From the NCBI GenBank assembly GCA_965644495.1, contig CBFFSA010000101.1:1-6027 (forward strand): 6,027 bases of DNA, read 5' to 3'. This DNA is from Perkinsela sp. CCAP 1560/9 (Eukaryota; Protista; Euglenozoa: Kinetoplastea). The notes under the pieces were generated by a model. The model did not search any database. It saw only the letters and a program-made list of their open reading frames with translations, and had not been told where the DNA came from. Of the stretch, positions 1 through 5,613 are shown in pieces (positions within the stretch are counted from its first letter, which is position 1; each line of letters starts with the position of its first letter). The translations under genes and the position numbers were made by a program.

Positions 1-2
1 TC

Positions 3-2624
3 AGCGCAAAGTTCATCCCATCTGTTGTGGCCATATATCGCGACATAATCTGTACGTACAGCAGCAGTGATCATAACCATAATAGAACTTGGAACTATCA
101 TAATAGAACTTGGAACCGCGTACTTTCTGCCATGAAGCTTTCCCTGGCAACAGTTCATAAAGCCAACATGAAACAATGCAAGCGCCGACCATTTCACTTG
201 AAAAGCGAACAACAGGAAACGACGGGAGACACAAGAGCTGTAAAACGAGCTCAGCGCTTAGTTCTAGAAGGGAATGCCACCAAAGCTGCGAAAGTTTTGG
301 ATCAATCCTTTCTACCAAGCACGCTCCGTGACGAGGAAACGCTGGAAAAGCTCAAAAAACTACACCCGGATTTCCCAACTGACATGACTCTGCCAAAGGA
401 TGCACCGATCATTGCCGGAATCACGCCCGACGAATTGAGAAGTGCTGCAAGACGATTGGCGAAAGGTGCGAGCCCAGGGCCAACAGGAACAACTGACGCC
501 ATCGTGCGACTGCTAGTGGATGATGAGATATGCGGCACAAATCTATGTCACATGATGGGTGATTTACTGAACGGTTTCTTATCGACAGAAGTTATGCGGC
601 GATTAAACCGTGCGCGACTGGTTGCGATCCCGAAAGCGAATGGTAGCGTGCGACCAGTTGCTATGGGCGAGGTCCTAACCAAGTTGGCTGGTATGATTCT
701 ACTTCAGCGATATGAAAACACTCTTGAGCCATTATTCTCCCCAATTCAACAGGGTGTGATGTCAAAAGCAAGGTGCGAACGCGTAGTTCATAAGTTAAGC
801 AGGCTTCATCTTGAGGGCCATTCTATTTTGTCGGTGGATATTAAAAACGCATTCAATTCACCGGACAGAAGGGACATTGCTCGTCACGTGTTTGCTTTTG
901 CTACACTCCGTCCTTTTCAGCGGTTTTTCTTTTTTGAATATTCCCAAGCTTCGGAGCTGTTGTACTTTGGATCTGAAGGTAGGTTCGTTGAGGCGATACC
1001 CAGCACTGCGGGGTTAAGACAAGGATCTCCTTTGGCTACTCTCTACTTTTGCGCCTACCTACAACCCATACTCGAAAGAATAGCGCATGAGTTTCCAGAG
1101 GTCACGGTCAACGCATTCATTGATGATATTACCCTCGCTTCTAAAAATCCAGAAATGCTTGCAAACGCATTTACAAGCCTGAGAGAACTATTGACGGAGA
1201 AACGTTTAGAATTATCAACCGAGAAATGCGTCTGGTTCGGTGGAATCTACAAGAAGACCATTCCGCAGACACTTAGAAAGGAAGGAGTGCAAACAGAAGA
1301 TGACGCAACTAAGATTTTAGGAGCCTTCATAGGGGATACTGACAACGTAGACAAATGCCTAGTTCATACACTCGAAGGGCATGACAATATTTTTCGTCGT
1401 CTAAAAACAATGGGAATGTCCAATGTTTCGCTCAGCTTACTAACAAAATGCGTCAACGTGCGACAGCAATATCAAATGAGAGTACATCACCCTGACGCCA
1501 CCGAGCGCGTATCTGAGAGATTTGATAAGAACGTTGAGGCAGTGTTGGAATCGTGGTTGGGCAAGCTTCGGACACAACAAATTGAGCTTGCTAGATTACC
1601 CCTTAAGAAAGGTGGTTTGGGGCTCACCGCGTGCAAACCCACGCGGGAAGCTGCTTACAAATCGTCTCGATATGCGGTCTTTGGGCGCCAAAAGCCTTCT
1701 ACAGCTCAAAGTGGCATATCAGGGCAAATGCAAGTCAGCAACGAGCAACAAATTCCACCGGAAGACGAGATCACGACAGCTGCAAAACTACACGAAAAAG
1801 CTTGGCAAAAACTAAATCAGGGTCCTCACATGAATTCGATTCTTAAAAACACGTCCAGGAAAGGTAGTTACGACTGGATTACAGCTGCGACACGATACGT
1901 ATCACCACATGTCTTCTCTTTATCCGTAATGCCTCGGCTTGGAATCTCACATCCGAAAATCCCACAGAATTTATTGTGTCCCGGGTGCCGGAAAATACTG
2001 GACGGACGAAGCGCCCTGATACATATCCCAGGCTGTGTGCAATGCCCAGGCTTTAACGCGACATCGAAACATAACGCCCTCGTAAAGTATATCTATGATC
2101 TATGCATCAAAACGGGGATCCCCTGTGAAAGAGAGCCACGACATTTCAGCACATGGACATGCCTCACATGCAAACGAACCGTTGACCAAGATAATCATCA
2201 ATTGCACCATAAAACATGCAGTGGCAAAAATTATCACCGCTCAGGACCAGATATCGTCATATACTGGAATACGGGAGCTGTTTTCTACGACTTAACCGTG
2301 ATTCACGAATTGGCAGCCACACACGCGAAGAGCCATCCAGGACAACTGATGAAAGAAGCGACTGAACGTAAAATAGAAACGTATGTCCGATCAGGTATGA
2401 TATCCGAAGAGTCGTTTCTTTGCCTACCGGTGCTCTCCTCTGGGTCACTCCACGCGAACACGTTAAACCTGATTCACGAACTTGCAGATGCGTCGCTTAC
2501 GGACAGGAACAATGCCATCTTATCATTTAAACTATTGCTACAAGAGCTAAATGAGTCACAAATTTATGCTCAACTGCGAAAGTTCTTAGCAGTAGATACG
2601 GAAGCGTCTCAAAAGGCAATTTAA
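3..2624 (+). CDS. Retrotransposon polyprotein: reverse transcriptase + zinc knuckle + restriction-like endonuclease (5'-partial)
   Basis: The frame is open from base 3 (SAKFIPSVVAIYRD...), so the GTG at 27 is not a real start. RT motifs: RPVAMGE (651), VDIKNAFN (~834), GLRQGSPL (1011), FIDD (1116-1127), LSTEKC, KILGAFIG. Thumb: RLPLKKGGLG (1593-1622). Knuckle: C-x2-C-x11-H-x3-C (1977-2036). RLE: KHNALV helix, GPD (2244-2252), FYDLTV, RKIETY. Stop is TAA at 2622-2624. Confidence 0.95.
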   Translation, partial: SAKFIPSVVAIYRDIICTYSSSDHNHNRTWNYHNRTWNRVLSAMKLSLATVHKANMKQCKRRPFHLKSEQQETTGDTRAVKRAQRLVLEGNATKAAKVLDQSFLPSTLRDEETLEKLKKLHPDFPTDMTLPKDAPIIAGITPDELRSAARRLAKGASPGPTGTTDAIVRLLVDDEICGTNLCHMMGDLLNGFLSTEVMRRLNRARLVAIPKANGSVRPVAMGEVLTKLAGMILLQRYENTLEPLFSPIQQGVMSKARCERVVHKLSRLHLEGHSILSVDIKNAFNSPDRRDIARHVFAFATLRPFQRFFFFEYSQASELLYFGSEGRFVEAIPSTAGLRQGSPLATLYFCAYLQPILERIAHEFPEVTVNAFIDDITLASKNPEMLANAFTSLRELLTEKRLELSTEKCVWFGGIYKKTIPQTLRKEGVQTEDDATKILGAFIGDTDNVDKCLVHTLEGHDNIFRRLKTMGMSNVSLSLLTKCVNVRQQYQMRVHHPDATERVSERFDKNVEAVLESWLGKLRTQQIELARLPLKKGGLGLTACKPTREAAYKSSRYAVFGRQKPSTAQSGISGQMQVSNEQQIPPEDEITTAAKLHEKAWQKLNQGPHMNSILKNTSRKGSYDWITAATRYVSPHVFSLSVMPRLGISHPKIPQNLLCPGCRKILDGRSALIHIPGCVQCPGFNATSKHNALVKYIYDLCIKTGIPCEREPRHFSTWTCLTCKRTVDQDNHQLHHKTCSGKNYHRSGPDIVIYWNTGAVFYDLTVIHELAATHAKSHPGQLMKEATERKIETYVRSGMISEESFLCLPVLSSGSLHANTLNLIHELADASLTDRNNAILSFKLLLQELNESQIYAQLRKFLAVDTEASQKAI
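78..116 (+). repeat. In-frame tandem duplication (period 21 nt) inside the ORF
   Basis: CATAATAGAACTTGGAAC occurs at 78-95 and 99-116, encoding HNRTWN-Y-HNRTWN. Confidence 0.9.
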
Positions 2625-2707
2625 TACTATGAACATACGATGAGATATTTCTTATATCAATACTACACAGATTTAGATATAGAGCTTACAAAGACGCGTA
2701 AACTCTT

Positions 2708-2820
2708 AGTTTTTTTACCTCCCCATCATAATGGGGGGTAGCGCCAGAACAGAAAACTTTTTAATCTAAGGTGTGAAGATGTTCAAGGGAAAATATTAAC
2801 CCCTTAACTGATTATATCAG
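2708..2820 (+). other. Structured 3' UTR of the retrotransposon (three consecutive stem-loops)
   Basis: TACC(T)CCCCAT-cata-ATGGGGGGTA at 2716-2740, enclosed by AGTTTT/AAAACT. GTT(C)AAGGG...CCCTTAAC at 2781-2808. CTGAT-tat-ATCAG at 2808-2820, directly against the tail. Confidence 0.6.
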
Positions 2821-2840
2821 TGTTGTTGTTGTTGTTGTTG
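2821..2840 (+). repeat. (GTT)n microsatellite, probable 3' tail or target of the element
   Basis: TGTTGTTGTTGTTGTTGTTG immediately follows the 3' UTR hairpins. Confidence 0.85.
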
Positions 2841-2966
2841 AACTATGTTTGTGCAAAAAAAAAGACAACGGGAAGAGGCTAACACGGCTGGGTACAAGTT
2901 CGCGGCAATGGTAGTAAAAAAAAAATATCAAGAAACTATCATAATACCGAATATTGAATTTCAATA

Positions 2967-3890
2967 TTATAATTCAAAAAAAAAAAGAAAAAAAAATATG
3001 GAACAGATTCTGATTTTGCTTGTCTGCGGAAGGTAAAGGAATCCACTTGAACCTTCGCTGCCTTGGGCTGGTGCATATGAAATCTTGATTTTTATTAGTC
3101 CTTTGCGAGATGTTCTGCCTACGACGACTCCCTTCGATACGTAGTTTGTCGTTTCCTGACGGAATCCCCATTCGATTATGCAAGATGTGCCTTTACCCCA
3201 CTTTGCTACGACATTGTGCACATGATCCGGTGCTTTGGAAACGGCGCCCCGATTTGCAAGCTCTTCGATGGCCCCACAATCGCTGTAAAGGGACATCTCG
3301 TCACTTTAATCTTCAGAGAGTTGCTCATCATTTTCGATATCGCGCTGGATCAGTCTTGAGTCTTGAGTCGTTTCGATATCCGACGTTTTTGTTTGTTGTG
3401 GGTCGCAGGCTGATTGGGCGTTTGAAGGCGTGAATCGAAAAGTTTTAGGCTTGATTTTAATGATATTGTCGGAATGCTCGCCGTGTTGTTCGCCATGGCC
3501 AGCCCAATCTTTTGGCAGTGCTACAGATCCTTCTTCGGAGTTCTGGTTTCCCTGGAGGTAATTGGCCTGGTCAGTCCCGTGGTCTGCCCAAATCTTTGAA
3601 AGAAGAGGTTCTCCTCCGACGATTCTGATGCGTGGCGTTTTCTTCGGTTTGGTCGGTGGGGGGGTAGATGCTTTTATTCGAGGTATGCGCGTCTTTGTCG
3701 TGGTGGGGGGAATAGTCTCATCAAAAGTGTCACCCGAAACGTCATTGACTATGCACTTTTTCTCACTGTTCTCTTGGCCCCTCTTGTCTTGCATTCGTGA
3801 TTTCACTTTTAGTCTACCTGTTTTCAGGCCCAAGCCTTTCGATGTCTGAGAGTCTGCTCGAGCAAGGCGTGCGTGGGCAAGGCGTGTCAT
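2967..3890 (-). pseudogene. Interrupted ORF of unknown function (MTRLAHARLARADSQ...), possibly the N-terminal/ORF1 region of an SL-associated retroelement
   Basis: The track ORFs 3306..3932 and 2967..3296 are in the same frame, separated by one TAA at 3306-3308 within an acidic run (EQLSED*SDEMSL). The ATG at 3890 follows an SL fragment. A K/P/T-rich disordered region precedes a beta-rich segment (CIIEW...KGVVVG...IKISY...FLYLP) that runs into a T tract near 2996. Confidence 0.55.
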
Positions 3891-3913
3891 AGCGATTAAA
3901 TCAAAAAAAAAAA

Positions 3914-3928
3914 AACAAGGTACAGAAA
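3914..3928 (-). other. Spliced-leader exon 3' fragment (SL relic)
   Basis: The minus strand reads TTTCTGTACCTTGTT, an exact 15-nt match to the SL-like copies at 4325-4368. It continues as a T run, then GATTTAATCGCT and the ATG at 3890. Confidence 0.7.
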
Positions 3929-4177
3929 GCACCCATCACCGAAGAAACAAGCTACAACCACTCGAAAGTGTGTGCTGGTAGACAGACTCATCGCAATGGG
4001 CCTGATTTGGTTATCCATTGGCAAAGCGGAGAAATCTACTACGATCTGACCGTCATTCATGAGCTAGCGCCGTCGCGAATTCAACAAAAATGTGGACGCC
4101 TCATTAATGAAGCCATTAAACGGAAGCAAGCAACGTACGTCGCATCCGGATTGATTCCCGCATTATCTTTTCAGTGT
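3926..4177 (+). pseudogene. Internal fragment of the RLE endonuclease from a second, related retrotransposon family (truncated at both ends)
   Basis: KAPITEETSYNHSKVCAGRQTHRNGPDLVIHW...YYDLTVIHELA...RKQATYVASGLI...SFQC aligns without gaps to the main ORF (32/60 identical from GPD to SFxC, hand count). Similarity stops abruptly after the Cys codon ending at 4177. Confidence 0.9.
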
Positions 4178-4292
4178 CGCCTTTCACCAGGTCTTTGTTT
4201 GCCTGAAACTGGTCCCATGAACCGAGCTTGTGCGCGCCCGCTTCGCGATCAAAGTTGGATTCCTGTTTTGCTTTAGAGCGAGTTAGAACCAT
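4178..4292 (-). pseudogene. Truncated 5' fragment of an ORF downstream of the SL (MVLTRSKAKQESNFDREAGAHKLGSWDQFQANKDLVKG)
   Basis: The ATG at 4292 follows the SL pair and a 32-nt pyrimidine-rich 5' UTR. After about 38 codons it runs into the antisense of the RLE fragment. It is absent from the supplied ORF track. Confidence 0.5.
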
Positions 4293-4324
4293 GGAACGTG
4301 AGAAAGATTAAGAAAAGAATTGCT

Positions 4325-4378
4325 CAACAAGGTACAGAAACTGTATCAACAAGGTACAGAAACTGTAGCTTTATCGTT
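4325..4378 (-). other. Euglenozoan spliced-leader (mini-exon)-like sequence with an exact 22-bp tandem duplication; exon only, no SL intron
   Basis: The minus strand reads AACGATAAAG-CTACAGTTTCTGTACCTTGTTG-ATACAGTTTCTGTACCTTGTTG. It has the CAGTTTCTGTAC core and TTG end conserved in kinetoplastid/diplonemid SL exons (consensus recalled from memory). No GT donor follows either TTG. On the plus strand TCAACAAGGTACAGAAACTGTA occurs at 4324-4345 and 4346-4367. Confidence 0.8.
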
Positions 4379-4388
4379 AACGCCGCTG

Positions 4389-4620
4389 TTTTTTTCTTTT
4401 TTTTTCTTCGTTGCCTTCGCCCACCCCTCGCCACCCCCTTGGTCGCCCTCTGTTGCCCCCTGCATCGCTCTGCCGCGCCGCTTTTCGCCCCCCCACCCAC
4501 TGCGCCGTCCCCTTCGCCGCCTATTCCCCCTCCCTCCCTGCTCCCACCTGCGCCACTCTTTCCCTTCCCACTCTTTCCCTTCATCCCCTCTGCTACCCCC
4601 TCACGCTGCATCTCGAAGAA
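4389..4620. repeat. Low-complexity C-rich (+) / G-rich (-) tract bounded by a T-rich tract
   Basis: Many C3-C6 runs occur between about 4420 and 4600, and the T/C tract spans 4389-4408. Confidence 0.75.
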
Positions 4621-4643
4621 TGGCGCCGCCCGGTACCGAATAT

Positions 4644-4682
4644 AACAAGGTACTAAAAAACTAGGGTAGGCGTCATTCACGC
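4644..4682 (-). other. Degenerate copy of the SL-like unit
   Basis: The minus strand reads GCGTGAATGA-CGC-CTAC-CCT-AGTTTTTTA-GTACCTTGTT, versus GCGTTAACGA-TAAAG-CTAC-AGTTTCT-GTACCTTGTT at 4383-4348. Both are preceded by an A-rich tract. Confidence 0.5.
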
Positions 4683-4769
4683 TTTTCTTTTCTTTTTTCT
4701 TTCTTTCTGCGGCTTGCAACTAGCCCATGATAACGGGGCTAGGGTAACAATTTGGAGAGATACGAGCTT

Positions 4770-4881
4770 GTTGAAGCTGAGGTTTGGCCTGTTGAAGCTG
4801 AGGAGCCAGTCCGCTCGAGGGGATACCACCCTAGAAGACTTGGTCCGTTGAAGCTGAGGTGCTAAAACCGTTGAAGCTGAG
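4770..4881 (+). repeat. Four interspersed direct repeats GTTGAAGCTGAG(G)
   Basis: Copies at 4770-4782, 4791-4803, 4847-4859 and 4870-4881, with unique spacers of 8, 43 and 10 nt. Confidence 0.9.
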
Positions 4882-5143
4882 AGTCGACACTCCCAAACTA
4901 TGCCAGCAAGCAGGCAAGGGGTCAAGGAGCACTGCTTTTTTCCAGTGTCGGGGTGTGGCGAACCCCACTCTCCTAGCTAATCCAGCTTCCCGCAGCGGAC
5001 TTTCAGTCTGCGCGTTAGCTGGATCGGCTTGCATTGGCTCTGTGCTGCAATCCTTTTAGGTCTGCGCATGGGTCGTGCGGGTCGGAGCTACCTTCGGCTC
5101 TCTCCGAGGAGGCAACACCCCGTCTACGGGGTTTTTACCTGAA

Positions 5144-5163
5144 AAACAAACAAACAAACAAAC
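5144..5163. repeat. (AAAC)5 / (GTTT)5 microsatellite
   Basis: AAACAAACAAACAAACAAAC lies at the boundary between the RNase H-like ORF and the structured non-coding segment. Confidence 0.9.
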
Positions 5164-5164
5164 A

Positions 5165-5481
5165 TTTGCCGTCTCAAGTATACATTGCGCCTTATCACCA
5201 ATTTTCTTTAATAGATCCGCATTTTCGAGTGTTGTATAACCATCTAGTTGAAAACTGATGCGATGTCGATGCCAAAACTGCCATACGTGCTCGGAGTCTA
5301 CATGCACCACGAAGTCTCCTTCTTGTTGATGTCCGATTGTCAAGGCTTGTAGAAAAGCACGTAGTTCTGCTCGTATGGGGGTTCGATCTTGTTTTGAGAG
5401 TTCTTGTTGCTCTATAAATGTACATCTTATATAGTGGGAAAAGGTCTGGAACCAGAATATTTTCGATGTATAGATGATCAT
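5165..5481 (-). pseudogene. Ribonuclease HI-like domain, partial or degenerate
   Basis: RTPIRAELRAFLQAL matches helix A (TNxRAELxAxxxAL), FVVHVDSEHV matches the xxxTDSxYV strand, and DGYTTLENADLLKKI matches the basic protrusion/helix D (GW...KNxDLW). The core spans about 5385-5200. The first catalytic Asp (DG) and the C-terminal H...NxxAD motif are not visible. Confidence 0.7.
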
Positions 5482-5613
5482 GGGGGCCGAGTTTACTATA
5501 GAAGGGGGGTCGGCCTTTACATGTAAACTAGCTTTAATAGCAGAACAAACATGCATTTTCCTGTCTGATTAAAAACGAGAGGGAGATCATCTCTTTTGGT
5601 CCACTGTCTGAAC

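Larger units (their letters stand above)
1..2840 (+). mobile_element. Non-LTR retrotransposon, RLE (R2-superfamily) class, CRE/SLACS/CZAR-like; 5' end lies outside the window, 3' end intact with (GTT)n tail
   Basis: Single ORF with RT, then CCHC knuckle, then PD..D..K endonuclease. It is followed by a ~200-nt 3' UTR with stem-loops and a simple-repeat tail at 2821-2840. The motifs (ASPGPTG, RARLVAIPK..GSVRPVAMGE, RLPLKKGGLG) resemble CRE-clade proteins. Confidence 0.9.

Noticed and set aside
2346-2380. Hammerhead ribozyme core (CTGATGA...GAAAC)
   Set aside because: It lies inside coding sequence and no stem II forms between the motifs.
13-2448. Short alternative-frame and antisense ORFs overlapping the RT gene
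   Set aside because: They are shadow ORFs with no recognisable motifs.
27-2624. Bacterial RT system (retron, group II intron, DGR, Abi)
   Set aside because: The RT-thumb-CCHC-RLE architecture, 3' tail and SL-like neighbours match eukaryotic non-LTR elements. No group II domain V or retron msr/msd was seen.
2950-2968. Inverted repeat AATATTGAA-T-TTCAATATT
   Set aside because: It is AT-rich, lies between poly-A tracts and has no associated feature, so it is plausibly chance.
3306-3308. Alternative genetic code (TAA read as sense)
   Set aside because: The 870-codon RT frame has no internal TAA/TAG, and both RLE ORFs end in TAA at equivalent positions.
4325-4383. Functional SL RNA gene
   Set aside because: No GT splice donor, SL intron, Sm site or T-tract terminator follows either copy, and the usual AAC(T/C) first bases are missing.
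4298-4719. Pro-rich or Gly-rich ORFs in the ORF track
   Set aside because: These arise from the C/G-skewed low-complexity tract and poly-T/A runs. Several frames are open and no domain is recognisable.
4770-4881. CRISPR-like repeat-spacer array
   Set aside because: The repeats are only 12-13 bp, the spacers are 8/43/10 nt, there are no cas genes, and the context is eukaryotic.
4940-5030. tRNA gene (anticodon-arm-like GCGGA-CTTTCAG-TCTGC; GGTTCG on the minus strand)
   Set aside because: No properly spaced D arm, T arm or acceptor stem on either strand.
5117-5136. Rho-independent terminator-like hairpin plus T run
   Set aside because: The context is eukaryotic and there is no upstream plus-strand gene. 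It is kept only as part of the structured segment.
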